A stretch of DNA of 64,000 bases from an uncultured bacterium (GTDB taxonomy: Bacteria > Vulcanimicrobiota > CADAWZ01), in NCBI GenBank assembly GCA_902790465.1, contig CADASF010000005.1, forward strand, positions 70,039 through 134,038, written 5' to 3'. The translations under genes and the position numbers were made by a program. Position 1 is the first letter of the stretch. Each line of letters opens with the position of its first letter. The notes under the pieces are model-generated. The model was not told the DNA's origin. It worked only from the letters and a program-made list of their open reading frames with translations, and did not search any database. Of the stretch, positions 20,434 through 30,556 are shown piece by piece.

Positions 20434-23166
20434 ATGAGTCCTTCACGTGCTAAATCAATTGCGTTTGTAACAACTATTTTTTTATTAATAAATCTCGCAG
20501 GGGCTTTTTATGTAGTTTCTTGTATATCATCTTCAATGTCAATGCCGTTTTTTTTGGGAGGAATTTTTCTTGCCATAATATTGGAGATGTTTACTTGTGA
20601 AGTACCTTATTATGGATATATAAGCATTGCTTTTCCTCTATATATTTTCTCTGCAATGATTCCAGAAACTGGTGGTTGGGCAGGAGCTTGTATTATTGCA
20701 ACTATTGGAATTACAGCAAGAACATTTGGAAGAAACAGTCAACCTGGTTTATATAAAGCTGCTGATTTTGTTTCATCTCTTTTAAATACAGTGTTCGCTA
20801 TTTACACTTTTTCATTTATAATATTTGGTGTTGATTTGGTAAATCCATCATTTATTACTAATGTAGGACCAAAAGAACCAAATTTTATGGCAAAACTAAT
20901 GGAATATTCATCTAATATGAAACAAACAGGTATAATGGATATCCGTTTTGCGTTGGGTATTGTTTTTTCTGCCATCGTATATTTTTTGATGGATGCAGTT
21001 TTTACAACTTCAACAGCTTGCTTTTTGCCAGACGAACATATGAAAGCTTGGAATGTTATTAGAAAGAAAATCAGAGTATTTTATTTTGCTTCTTTTGCTA
21101 TCTCTCTTTTGGGATATTTTTCTTTAGCTTTTTCTGTATGGGGATTTATATGGGTTATAATATTGTTGATATCATTTTATATAACAATATCTTACATATT
21201 GGAAGAAGTTTCAACCCTTGACAGTGAAAGTATTGCACAAGAATTGACAACTGTTCAAGCTGAAAGAGATAATTTTGAAAAAATTAATCAAAAATTGAGT
21301 GGAGATTTGAGGAAAAAGATAGACGAAATCTCTGTAATACATGAAATGGGAAAATCATTGGAATCTTCAACTACTGTTGAAGGAGCTATAAATACAACTA
21401 TTTCAATGATAAGAAAATTTATTAAATATCAGACTTGTGCTGTTTTTCTTTTGGGAAAAGATGGCGGTCTTAAATGTTATAAAGCAGATTCTCCATATAA
21501 AAATACATTGGAAAGTATGCAACCAAAAGAATTTAATTCGACTGTTGTCTCCCAAGCATTACAAGTTAAAAGAGGTATTGTAATAAATGAAGAATTGCCA
21601 GAAGGTGTAACACCTGTAGTAGAAAATGAGCGTTCTATTATATGTATCCCACTTATAATGAGAGATAAAGTAATAGGTATGCTTTATATTGGTGATCCAA
21701 GAAATGCTTGTTATGATGATAGTCATTTGGGCATGTTGGAAACACTTTCACTTTCAGTCTCTGTCTCTATAGAATCAGCTCTATTATATGAACAAAAAGA
21801 AGAATCTTTTGAATCTAAAAATGATTTAACTATTGAACTTCAAAAATCTGTAAAACAACTTTCTGATTTGAATGAACTTGGTAAATTTTTGGGCAGTAGT
21901 CTAAAAATAGATGATGTACTCAATTTTGTCTGTTCAAAGATAAACAATATACTTGAGTTCCAAACTTTTATAATATTCTCTATTGTAAAAAATGAAAAAG
22001 CAAATAAAGAAAATGGTGAAGATGAAAAAATTGTTGAGACAAGAAGAGTAATTTCACCTTATGCAGATTATCTTGCAGATTTGACATATAAATATGATGA
22101 CGGAATTTTGGGATCAGTTATCAAAAATATGCAACCTGTTATTTTGGGAGATAATTTTAAATCAGAATATCCAAATCTTTTGGAAAATGAGCCATCTTCT
22201 ATAATTATTCCAATGGTATTGGAAAATGAAGTTTATGGAATTTTCTATGCAGGTAGTGGTAAAAGTAGTTTTTATGATGAAAATAATTTAAATTTATTGT
22301 CAACAGTTGCATATCAAACTGCAATGGCAATAAAAAATTGTGAATTATATGAACAGATGGTATCACTTGCTATAACAGATGGATTGACAGGTTTATATAC
22401 TCATAGATATTTCCAAGAGCGTCTTGCTGAAGCATGTAAAGAATATGATAGAACACATAAATCATTCTCTTTGATAATGATAGATGCGGACCACTTTAAA
22501 ACATATAACGATACACTTGGACATCCAGAAGGTGATAAGTTACTTAAAGAAATTGCAGAACTTTTAAAAACTTATTGTAGAGATACTGATATTGTAGCTC
22601 GATATGGTGGAGATGAATTTGCAGTTATACTTAAAGAATCAGATAAAGTAAATGCCATAAGAGTTGCAGAAAGAATAAGAGACGCATTTAATAGAAGATT
22701 TGCAACATATAGAGTTCCTATTACTGCAAGTTTAGGTATTGCAAACTTCCCACAAGATGCTTCACAGAAAGATGAATTCATAGTAGCAGCAGATAAAGCA
22801 CTTTATGAATCTAAGAAACATGGAAGAGATAGAGTAACAGCTGCACCTTCTATGACTGATGCAGGTAGTTTATTGGCTGGAGCAGATGATAGGAAGACTT
22901 CTAAAATGAGTGCAAAGAATAAGACTAAGGCTTTGACACCTCAACAATTAGAAGAGATGAAAAAGAGTTATTTCAGTTCTTTAAATGCAAAATCAACAAA
23001 TTTATCACCTTTGATAAATAAAGAAAATTCTTTCAGAGGACAGAGAAATACTGACATGAGATTTCATGTGCCAGATGCTCCTTCTGAAATGAATATCAAT
23101 AGAAAATCTATTAAAACTCAGATTTTTAACCCAGAGGCTTCTCCTCTTACACAACAAAATAATTAA
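20434..23166 (+). CDS. Membrane sensor diguanylate cyclase (multi-TM + 2xGAF + GGDEF)
   Basis: GGDEF active site RYGGDEFAVIL. Preceded by DADHFKxYND. About 7 TM helices at the N-terminus. Ser/Thr-rich C-terminal tail. Confidence 0.85.
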   Translation: MSPSRAKSIAFVTTIFLLINLAGAFYVVSCISSSMSMPFFLGGIFLAIILEMFTCEVPYYGYISIAFPLYIFSAMIPETGGWAGACIIATIGITARTFGRNSQPGLYKAADFVSSLLNTVFAIYTFSFIIFGVDLVNPSFITNVGPKEPNFMAKLMEYSSNMKQTGIMDIRFALGIVFSAIVYFLMDAVFTTSTACFLPDEHMKAWNVIRKKIRVFYFASFAISLLGYFSLAFSVWGFIWVIILLISFYITISYILEEVSTLDSESIAQELTTVQAERDNFEKINQKLSGDLRKKIDEISVIHEMGKSLESSTTVEGAINTTISMIRKFIKYQTCAVFLLGKDGGLKCYKADSPYKNTLESMQPKEFNSTVVSQALQVKRGIVINEELPEGVTPVVENERSIICIPLIMRDKVIGMLYIGDPRNACYDDSHLGMLETLSLSVSVSIESALLYEQKEESFESKNDLTIELQKSVKQLSDLNELGKFLGSSLKIDDVLNFVCSKINNILEFQTFIIFSIVKNEKANKENGEDEKIVETRRVISPYADYLADLTYKYDDGILGSVIKNMQPVILGDNFKSEYPNLLENEPSSIIIPMVLENEVYGIFYAGSGKSSFYDENNLNLLSTVAYQTAMAIKNCELYEQMVSLAITDGLTGLYTHRYFQERLAEACKEYDRTHKSFSLIMIDADHFKTYNDTLGHPEGDKLLKEIAELLKTYCRDTDIVARYGGDEFAVILKESDKVNAIRVAERIRDAFNRRFATYRVPITASLGIANFPQDASQKDEFIVAADKALYESKKHGRDRVTAAPSMTDAGSLLAGADDRKTSKMSAKNKTKALTPQQLEEMKKSYFSSLNAKSTNLSPLINKENSFRGQRNTDMRFHVPDAPSEMNINRKSIKTQIFNPEASPLTQQNN

Positions 23167-23181
23167 GCATGAGGTTTTTTT

Positions 23182-23889
23182 ATGAATAAACCAAAAATTT
23201 TAGTCGTTGATGATGAAAGCTCTATTGTAGAGTTCATAGAGATAAATTTAAAGCGTTCAAATTTTGATGTATTGAAGGCTTATACTGGAACAGAAGGTCT
23301 TTTGGTACTTGAAGCTGAAAAACCAGATTTGATGGTACTTGATTTGATGATGCCAGATATGAGTGGATTTGATGTCTGCAAAAAAGCAAGGCTGTTTTCT
23401 GAGGTTCCAATAATAATACTTACAGCAAAAGGCGATGACTATGATAAAATAGTTGGTCTTGAATCAGGGGCAGATGACTACATGGTAAAGCCTTTCAATC
23501 CTTGGGAATTGATTGCAAGAATTCAAGCCATACTCAGAAGGGTTTCTAAAAAAGTAAAAACTGATGAGAAAGAAGAATCTCTTGTTTTTGGAAATATGAA
23601 AATAGATTCTCTTGGAAGAAAAGTTTGGAAAGATGATAAATTGATTGAATTGACACCGAGAGAATATGATCTTTTGATGTTGTTTTCAAGCAATCCAGGA
23701 AAGAGTTTTTCAAGAGAAGAAGTTAGAAAGGCCATTTGGGGTCATGAATTCATTGAAGAGAGAAGTATTGATGTCCATGTAAGGCGTCTCAGAGATAAAA
23801 TAGAAGATAAACCAGAAGCCCCTTCAATGATTCTTACTATTTGGGGAGTAGGTTATAAATCAAACCCTGAAATATTTGGAAAAAAATAG
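23182..23889 (+). CDS. OmpR-family DNA-binding response regulator
   Basis: Receiver D-D-K residues (LVVDDE ... DLMMPD ... K). Winged-helix C-terminus. Confidence 0.9.
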   Translation: MNKPKILVVDDESSIVEFIEINLKRSNFDVLKAYTGTEGLLVLEAEKPDLMVLDLMMPDMSGFDVCKKARLFSEVPIIILTAKGDDYDKIVGLESGADDYMVKPFNPWELIARIQAILRRVSKKVKTDEKEESLVFGNMKIDSLGRKVWKDDKLIELTPREYDLLMLFSSNPGKSFSREEVRKAIWGHEFIEERSIDVHVRRLRDKIEDKPEAPSMILTIWGVGYKSNPEIFGKK

Positions 23890-25341
23890 ATGAATAAAAT
23901 ATTTAATTTTTTTCGAAATATGAGATGGAAACTCTTTTTGAGTTATTTTATTCTTGTCCTTTTTAATATATCTCTTTTGGGTTTCCTCTTTTATTTATTT
24001 ACAATGGGACATTTTATGTCAACAAGAGAATCATATCTTGAAACAGCTTCTGATTATTTTGTCAAATTTGTAACAGCAAATATGGAAAATGATGGACAGC
24101 TTATCGGAACATCAAAATTTTTTCTCAGACAAAATTGGGAAAAAATGGATTATGAACTCATTGTTTATGATAGGTCTAATCTAATTATAGCGGATTCTCG
24201 TTCACTTGATGAACAGATGGGAATTTTTTCAATGAATTCCAAGGGAGATGAAAAAATATTATCTGTTTTAAAGACTGGACGTCCTTTGTGTTGGAAGATA
24301 AAAAAAGACAGTTCTAATTTTATTTATTATGCTTGTCCTATTTTTTTTGAAACCAAAATTATTGGTGCAGTAAAAATAGGGATGACAACAGATGATTTTA
24401 ATGCTTTATTTGACATATTTAAAGATTACTTTCTTATAACTTTTATTCTGTCATTGATAGCTGCTTTGGGGCTTGCATTTATATTTGTAAGAAATATAAT
24501 GAAACCTGTCATGAAAATAAGAGATATTGCCTCAGAAATTTCACAGGGTAAATTTGAAAGCAGAGTAAATTATGATGCTATGGATGAATTGGGAGACCTA
24601 AGCAGAACGATAAATAAAATGGCAGAAGATTTAAATAAATTGGAAGAGACAAGAAATTTATTTCTTGCAAATATCTCCCATGAATTGAAAACTCCTCTTA
24701 CTATTATAAAAGGATTTGCACTGACAATGGAAGGCGATCCAGAAATAAGAGAAGATCAAAAGCATTTTCTTGAAACAATAAATAAAGAAGCAGATAGACT
24801 TACAAGGCTTGTAAATGAACTCCTTGAGTTAAGCAGATTGAAAACCAAGAAAACAGTTATGAAAATTGCTCCTTTTGATGTAAAAGAAATAATTGAAGAT
24901 GTTGTTTTCAATATGCAGACTAAGGCAGATAAATTTAACTGCACTATTTCTTGTTCATGTCCTGATAAACTTCCGCTTGTTCCTATCGATCCTGATAAAA
25001 TACATGAAGTTTTTATAAACTTGATTGACAATGCAATAAAATATTCACAAGGACATAAAGAAAAGCCTGAAGTAAAAGTTTTTGTTGAGACAACAGAAAA
25101 AGAACTCGTTGTAAAAGTCAGTGATAATGGTCCTGGAATACCACAAGCAGATTTGGATTTGATTTTTGAGAAATTCTTTAGGAGTGGAAGTAGATCGCAA
25201 AAAATCGAAGGTGTCGGTCTTGGGCTTTCAATCGTAAAAGAAATTGTAAATGCACATAATGGAAAAATATATGCCGAAAGCACAGAAGGTCAAGGCTGTA
25301 CTTTCGTAGTCAAATTGCCGTTACAACAACCCAAAAAGTAA
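23890..25341 (+). CDS. Sensor histidine kinase (2 TM, HAMP, HisKA, HATPase_c)
   Basis: H-box ISHELKTPLT. N, G1 and G2 boxes (DNAIKYS, DNGPGIP, GVGLGLSIV). Confidence 0.9.
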   Translation: MNKIFNFFRNMRWKLFLSYFILVLFNISLLGFLFYLFTMGHFMSTRESYLETASDYFVKFVTANMENDGQLIGTSKFFLRQNWEKMDYELIVYDRSNLIIADSRSLDEQMGIFSMNSKGDEKILSVLKTGRPLCWKIKKDSSNFIYYACPIFFETKIIGAVKIGMTTDDFNALFDIFKDYFLITFILSLIAALGLAFIFVRNIMKPVMKIRDIASEISQGKFESRVNYDAMDELGDLSRTINKMAEDLNKLEETRNLFLANISHELKTPLTIIKGFALTMEGDPEIREDQKHFLETINKEADRLTRLVNELLELSRLKTKKTVMKIAPFDVKEIIEDVVFNMQTKADKFNCTISCSCPDKLPLVPIDPDKIHEVFINLIDNAIKYSQGHKEKPEVKVFVETTEKELVVKVSDNGPGIPQADLDLIFEKFFRSGSRSQKIEGVGLGLSIVKEIVNAHNGKIYAESTEGQGCTFVVKLPLQQPKK

Positions 25342-25352
25342 CATCAAAAAAT

Positions 25353-25410
25353 GGGCTGTGAAAAAAGTAAATAGAATAGATGTCATTGTATCTAGCAACT
25401 TTTTATTTAC
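25353..25410. repeat. MITE-like element, internally deleted copy D (inverted), directly after the HK stop at the boundary of the module array
   Basis: gggctgtgaaaaaagtaaat is the reverse complement of 19511-19530. agcaactttttatttac is the reverse complement of 19431-19447. Confidence 0.55.
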
Positions 25411-25444
25411 ATACTTTTTTGCACATACACTATTATTATAAACG

Positions 25445-25483
25445 AACCTCGGTGCTTGAAATGATTTTCAACACCGAGGTTTT
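25445..25483. terminator. Conserved-loop hairpin H1 (CCTCGGTG-cttgaaatgattttcaa-CACCGAGG)
   Basis: Perfect inverted repeat with a flanking T run. One of 5 related copies. Confidence 0.7.
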
Positions 25484-25485
25484 AG

Positions 25486-26187
25486 TTATTTTTCACGCAT
25501 TGGCTTACAGACCAATTTATTATTTCTTGCCTCTTTATTTATAGTTCCAGAGGCATCTTTATAAATTTCTGGAATAAAAAAATATTTTGTGTTGTGAGCA
25601 TCTATTGTCATTCTGTGAGAATCCATTATTTTACGGATATTCTCAGGTAATTGATCAAAATGTATGGGATTTGTTGGATTATTTATCTTTTTATAATGAT
25701 AAGGATGATTTTTAAAATCACTTCTATCTATATTTTCTTCTTTTACTTTTAAGGTGCGGACTTGTAAACCTTGTTTTTTATTGTGTCGTTTAGTTTTTTT
25801 CTTAAATTCGATTCTATCAATATCCAAAGGTTTTATTTCTTCATAATATTCATCAATAAAAAAATAACAAAAAATATTATTTTCTTCAATCTCTACCGCA
25901 GAAAACTCACCTTGAAGAACAAATTTTGAAAAATAATCATATAAAATTTCTGACTCTGTATAGCTTTTTATGACAAATTCTGGAACATGCCAACTGTTAG
26001 TTGTACAACAAAAAATATACCCAAATTTATCTATTGCAAACCACCTAGAACCAATAACAGAGAGTTCTCCAGGTGTGATCCTATCTGTATGTGCTTCTAA
26101 TTTTGAAGCTCTATAAGTTTCATCTGGTAAATTCTCTGATGTATCTATTTCACTAAATCCATTACTCTTATTTTTCTTTTTAGTCAT
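25486..26187 (-). CDS. Partner/putative immunity protein ImmA
   Basis: 233 aa. WFAIDKFGYIFCCTT and HPYHYKK..IHFDQLPENIRKIMDSHRM motifs. RBS GAGAGG. Confidence 0.6.
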   Translation of the reverse strand: MTKKKNKSNGFSEIDTSENLPDETYRASKLEAHTDRITPGELSVIGSRWFAIDKFGYIFCCTTNSWHVPEFVIKSYTESEILYDYFSKFVLQGEFSAVEIEENNIFCYFFIDEYYEEIKPLDIDRIEFKKKTKRHNKKQGLQVRTLKVKEENIDRSDFKNHPYHYKKINNPTNPIHFDQLPENIRKIMDSHRMTIDAHNTKYFFIPEIYKDASGTINKEARNNKLVCKPMREK

Positions 26188-26311
26188 TTAAACCTCTCAA
26201 AAAAATATTAAAATATATTTTTCAAGAAAATATATATAATACCTTTGCATAAAAAAATAACTTGCTTTTATACAAAACAAGCTATTTTTTATGGTAAAAA
26301 TCAATAAATTT

Positions 26312-27001
26312 TTAAATATTTATAGGAATTTTAGTAGTACATTCACTTTCTCTTTTTAGAAGATGGGGAATATTTTGAAACATTCTTCGGCAAGTAGAAC
26401 AATATGGAGTATATCCCAATTTACCTTCCTCTTTATAACGAAATGCTATTGTCAATCTGATATCTCTAATATCACTACCCATATTTAAAAGAGCATTTAC
26501 TGCTCTAAATTCTGCACAACACCCTACTCTACTATTTGTACCGTCAATATATTCATTTATCTTACCTACATTTTTAGCAAGGTCTTTTACGATTTTATTA
26601 GTTCTTGGATATAAAGTTTTATGAATAAGTCTTGGAGGATAAGAATCTGAGACATCTACTTTTATATATCCTTTTTTTATATCATAGGCACCTACAAAAA
26701 CTTTTTTCTTTACTTTGTCTCCAATAAGACTTTTTACCTCATAGTAAAGTTTTCTTATTTGCTTAAAAATAATCTGCTCGTAAAACTTATTTTCGTTCCG
26801 TTCAAGTAAACATTCATACTCTGAATAAGTATATGCAGATATTTTACCTTCCACATATGCCTTAGATAAATAATCTAATATCCTATATTCATATTTTTTT
26901 ACGATATTTTCAATATCCATATTTACTTCAGGTAAATAATCAAAATCATCATACCCTGAATTGTCAAAATTTTCAAAATCATAAAAATCAAAATCGTTCA
27001 T
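26312..27001 (-). CDS. Deaminase-fold (CDA-like zinc motif) protein DeamA, putative toxin/effector
   Basis: GCCAEFRAVNALL ... TPYCSTCRRMF resembles CAER(x)A(I/V)...PCxxC of tetrameric cytidine deaminases. Confidence 0.6.
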   Translation of the reverse strand: MNDFDFYDFENFDNSGYDDFDYLPEVNMDIENIVKKYEYRILDYLSKAYVEGKISAYTYSEYECLLERNENKFYEQIIFKQIRKLYYEVKSLIGDKVKKKVFVGAYDIKKGYIKVDVSDSYPPRLIHKTLYPRTNKIVKDLAKNVGKINEYIDGTNSRVGCCAEFRAVNALLNMGSDIRDIRLTIAFRYKEEGKLGYTPYCSTCRRMFQNIPHLLKRESECTTKIPINI

Positions 27002-27090
27002 TTTAACTTTACCTGACTTTCAAAATATTCAAAAAGCGCTTTTCGTTAATGTGATTATATCAAAATAAAATAATAATGTCGTTGTCTAAA

Positions 27091-27109
27091 AGTTGCAAAA
27101 AAGTTGCAT
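27091..27109. promoter_or_regulatory. Direct-repeat operator-like motif AGTTGCAAAAAAGTTGCAT in a divergent promoter region
   Basis: The same AGTTGYA-N4/5-AGTTGCA motif is found at 29120-29149, 32100-32119, 33472-33502 and 36096-36114. Confidence 0.5.
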
Positions 27110-27168
27110 AAGGTAGTATTTTGTTTGTGTGAATTAATGATTTTACAAAATTTACAAACTGTGATATA

Positions 27169-27807
27169 ATGCAAATTGCGTATAAATCACAAAAATATTT
27201 TATTAAAGAGGTTGTAATAATGTCTGTTAGTAGAGTGAAAACTTATATTGCTGCGGATTGGGATCATGATAAGGATTTTATAAAAATATTAAAAAAAATA
27301 TTAAAAGAAATTATGTTAGAAGAAAATTCTAAAGGTAAAGATTTAAAAAAATATTTTACCGATATACATGAAAAAATACAGATAAGTGATAACAATCCTT
27401 ATTGTATCATAAAAAAATCTTTAGATAAAAGACTTAAGATGTCAAAAGTATTCATTTTAATTGTTGGAAAACATACAAATAAGCTAAAAAAGGGAATATG
27501 TAGCTTTTGCAAACATTATAATAAAAAAAGAAAGACATGCTCTATTGGCAATGATGTTGATAAGCGGAGTTATATAAAATATGAATGTTATGAAGCTATT
27601 GACAAGGAGTTAAAAATAATCGTAATTTATAAAAATTATGATGTAGATAGAAAGAAATGTCCTAAAATTTTGAGAGAGGAAGGAACTCATATTCCTGCTT
27701 ATACTTTAACAAAAAAATCCACTCAATCAATTAAAATAGATAAGAACAAATTTTTAAATTTTCCTGAAATTGTAACTGAAATAGTGGGAGCATTGTACAC
27801 AGATTAA
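27169..27807 (+). CDS. Conserved Cys-rich hypothetical protein, copy 1 (TIR-like/flavodoxin-like fold suspected)
   Basis: VKTYIAADWDHDKD N-terminal strand plus acidic loop. Cys cluster PYC..GICSFC..KTC..YEC..KKC. About 85% identical to copies at 32221 and 36175. Start possibly at 27220. Confidence 0.5.
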   Translation: MQIAYKSQKYFIKEVVIMSVSRVKTYIAADWDHDKDFIKILKKILKEIMLEENSKGKDLKKYFTDIHEKIQISDNNPYCIIKKSLDKRLKMSKVFILIVGKHTNKLKKGICSFCKHYNKKRKTCSIGNDVDKRSYIKYECYEAIDKELKIIVIYKNYDVDRKKCPKILREEGTHIPAYTLTKKSTQSIKIDKNKFLNFPEIVTEIVGALYTD

Positions 27808-27809
27808 TA

Positions 27810-27968
27810 TACAGAGGTCAAGTCATTCCAAAAGATGACTTGGTAACAGTCAGAGTTTGGGTAACCTCAAAATCAAATGATGACAAAACGATAATTTGTG
27901 ACGGTTGGTTGTCAGTAGATGGTCGAAATATCTACAAATTCTCCAACTTCGCACTAAAGATGATGTAA
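27810..27968 (+). pseudogene. FabA/FabZ-like (hotdog) C-terminal gene fragment
   Basis: ...TIICDGWLSVDGRNIYKFSNFALKMM* resembles the FabA C-terminus ...[23 protein letters not shown]. A degraded second copy is at 36790-36967. Confidence 0.35.
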
Positions 27969-28039
27969 CAGCTTATTAGTAAATAAAAAAGGCTCAGTAC
28001 TGAATTAATATCACTGAGCCTTTTTGGGGATTGGTTACT

Positions 28040-28516
28040 TTAATCTATTTTAATATTTCCTGACCAACTCTCACAAAACTCTTTATAAGCCTGATCAACA
28101 TTCATATAAACATCATGAAAAACATCTATGTCTACTCTGTGTGAGTTCATAATTTCTTGAATATTTTTTGGAAGTTGATTAAAATTCAAAGGATTTTTTG
28201 GAGAAAATTTTACAGATTTCTTATACCAATATGGATATTTAATAAAATCCTCACTTTTTGGGATTGTTTCAACTATGGCATCAAAATAGAATAAGCCTTT
28301 GCTTGCAAGAACTTCGTCGTTATCAAAATCGTCTTCATCTATTCCCAAAGTTGTGAAAAAATATTTTTCTAAAAATTCTGTTTCTTCCTTGCTTTTACAT
28401 ACAAATTCTGGAACTTTATGACTTCCTGCAGTTGTACAAGCAAAAAGAAAACCATTTTTATCAGTGCCGAACCAAAGTATGTCTTCTGTCAGAACTTCAC
28501 CTTTAGTAATTCTCAT
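28040..28516 (-). CDS. Partner/putative immunity protein ImmB
   Basis: 158 aa with family motifs WFGTDKNGFLFACTTAGSHKVPEF and YPYWYKK..LNFNQLPKNIQEIMNSHR. 4-nt gap to DeamB. RBS AAGGAGG. Confidence 0.6.
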   Translation of the reverse strand: MRITKGEVLTEDILWFGTDKNGFLFACTTAGSHKVPEFVCKSKEETEFLEKYFFTTLGIDEDDFDNDEVLASKGLFYFDAIVETIPKSEDFIKYPYWYKKSVKFSPKNPLNFNQLPKNIQEIMNSHRVDIDVFHDVYMNVDQAYKEFCESWSGNIKID

Positions 28517-28520
28517 GTTT

Positions 28521-29036
28521 TTAATCCTCCTTATCTAATATATCCTTAAACATATATTTACAATTAGGACAATAAGGTACTAATAATAATCCTTCTTTTC
28601 GAAATCTATATGCTTTAGTTAACATAAACTCTCCCATAGAATAACCTTTTTTCAACATTTTATTAACTAAACGAAATTCAGCACATTTTCCAACAATATT
28701 TTCATGTTTAGCAGGATCATTAGTAGGATTAGAAGTAAGACCAGTAGAACCTATTCCACCAATATCTTTTGCTAAGTTCACTAAATATTCGTCAATATCT
28801 TCTGGAAAATCTCCTGAATAATCAACATCAAAATTTCCAATTTTATCATAGCAACCAACATATGCTCCCTTTTTTTTATGTATTTTCATTATTCTTTTTA
28901 TTTCTTCTAAAGCATTGTTTTTAGCTACTTTACAGTTAAAATCAATATCTTCATTTTCATAGTCTTCAATTATATAGCCAGTATTCCTAAGTTCAAACCA
29001 TCTTGCTTCTATGATATGTCTAATACCTTCTAACAT
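28521..29036 (-). CDS. Deaminase-fold protein DeamB
   Basis: GKCAEFRLVNKMLKKG ... VPYCPNCKYMF. RBS AAAGGAG. Confidence 0.6.
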   Translation of the reverse strand: MLEGIRHIIEARWFELRNTGYIIEDYENEDIDFNCKVAKNNALEEIKRIMKIHKKKGAYVGCYDKIGNFDVDYSGDFPEDIDEYLVNLAKDIGGIGSTGLTSNPTNDPAKHENIVGKCAEFRLVNKMLKKGYSMGEFMLTKAYRFRKEGLLLVPYCPNCKYMFKDILDKED

Positions 29037-29069
29037 AATAAACTCCTTTAAATATGGTTTAATTATTTA

Positions 29070-29083
29070 AAAGAGCGCTCTTT
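29070..29083. promoter_or_regulatory. Leader palindrome AAAGAGCGCTCTTT just downstream of the TGATATAAT -10 box of DeamB (minus strand)
   Basis: Perfect 14-bp palindrome. Analogous palindromes at 27030-27045, 32038-32053 and 36034-36049. Confidence 0.5.
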
Positions 29084-29480
29084 ATTGAGATTAATTATAT
29101 CATAGCAAAATAAATTTGTAGTTGTTGTAATAGTTGCAAAAAGTTGCATTTAAAATTTTAGAATCTTGACAAATTATGTTATAATATTAATTGTGTAATA
29201 TTTCACAAATATTTTTTAAAGAAGAAAACAATGTTTATGTTTTTAATTTTTACTCTTGCATGTTTTATTAAAAAATTGAAAGAAAACTGTAATGTAAAAA
29301 AAAGTAATGAAGATTTCATTCGGGATTTTTTTACACAAATTTTTAAAGATATATCTTTAGATGATATAAAAGTTAGAAAAAAAGAAGAAAGATTTTAATA
29401 ATAAAAACGATGTTTTTATTTTAGGATTATATTTAGATAAATCTACAATTAGCAAATTACGAAATAATAAAATAAATATT

Positions 29481-30509
29481 TTGAAAGACCTAAAAAATAA
29501 AATATTTGATAAAAATAATAAGGATAAGATAAGTTTAAATATGGATGAATTTATTAAAGATAACATGGAATTAGCATCAATAGATAATTTAATTGAGAAA
29601 TTAAAATCTGCAATTTTAGAAGTAAAATTAACTGAAACAGAAAAAGAAAGTATTAAAAATTTTAAAATAGAAAAATATGAAGAGAAAATAAATTTTATAT
29701 ATGAAGCATTTAGAATTGCTTTAAACAAAGATAATAAACTAAAAGAAAATTCTAATTCTTTAATTTGGAAAAGAGGAAACGCTTTAGTAAATGCAATAAC
29801 TGGAGATATATTTAGCTATGGATTTAATAAAAGAAGTGAAGAGAAAAATATTGTTGTAATTCCAGTAGATACATCTTTTGAAACTCATATTACAACAAAA
29901 TTAGAAAAAGAAAAATATCCACTTGTTTCTGAAAATACAATTCACGGACAATTTCTTTCAAGAATGTACAAAACTACAGTCAAAAAAAATCCACCCCCAA
30001 AAAATGATATAGAAAGTAAGCGTAAAAGACATTATACTGAAGAAGATATTAAAAATTCAATAGAAGAATCCTTAACACTCCAAGGAATTAAGCCTTTAGG
30101 AAATAATTCTAAAAATAATCCTCTTTATCCAATTGGAACAATTGCTGTTATTGGTCATGATCTTGATACTATTGACACTATTTTTTATCTTTTAGCAATA
30201 TCACAATTTGATGAAAATAATAACGCTCAAAGCAATGAAAACAATATAAAAATAGCTATAGAAAATCTTTTAGATTTTTATAATAACAAGGGGCAAGAAT
30301 ATTCTCTATACTTGCCATTAATAGGTACAGGATTATCACGAGTTAATTTCACTAATAAGGAATCACTCGAATTTATTTTATCCACTATGATGGAAAATAA
30401 AGATAAAATACATGGAAAAATAAATATTGTTATTTCAAAAACAATACAACAACAGGAATTAGAAGAATTATATAAAGTTATTTCTGAATGGAAGAATAAA
30501 TATAAATAA
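29481..30509 (+). CDS. Macro-domain-like protein, copy 1 (apparently N-terminally disrupted relative to copy 2)
   Basis: NIVVIPVDTSFETH and LYLPLIGTGLSRV resemble macro motifs (IVNAANssL / AFPAISTGiyG). TTG start. The N-terminal homology is carried by a separate 55-aa ORF at 29232-29399. Confidence 0.4.
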   Translation: MKDLKNKIFDKNNKDKISLNMDEFIKDNMELASIDNLIEKLKSAILEVKLTETEKESIKNFKIEKYEEKINFIYEAFRIALNKDNKLKENSNSLIWKRGNALVNAITGDIFSYGFNKRSEEKNIVVIPVDTSFETHITTKLEKEKYPLVSENTIHGQFLSRMYKTTVKKNPPPKNDIESKRKRHYTEEDIKNSIEESLTLQGIKPLGNNSKNNPLYPIGTIAVIGHDLDTIDTIFYLLAISQFDENNNAQSNENNIKIAIENLLDFYNNKGQEYSLYLPLIGTGLSRVNFTNKESLEFILSTMMENKDKIHGKINIVISKTIQQQELEELYKVISEWKNKYK

Positions 30510-30514
30510 AGTAA

Positions 30515-30553
30515 AAACCTCGGTGCTGAAATGATTTTCAACACCGAGGTTTT
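30515..30553. terminator. Conserved-loop hairpin H2
   Basis: aaaacctcggtg ctgaaatgattttcaa caccgaggtttt. Confidence 0.7.
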
Positions 30554-30556
30554 TAC

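Noticed and set aside
29357-29728. 123-aa minus-strand ORF in the AT-rich promoter region of macro-like copy 1
   Set aside because: Low-complexity Phe/Ile/Lys sequence overlapping the plus-strand gene start. Likely spurious.
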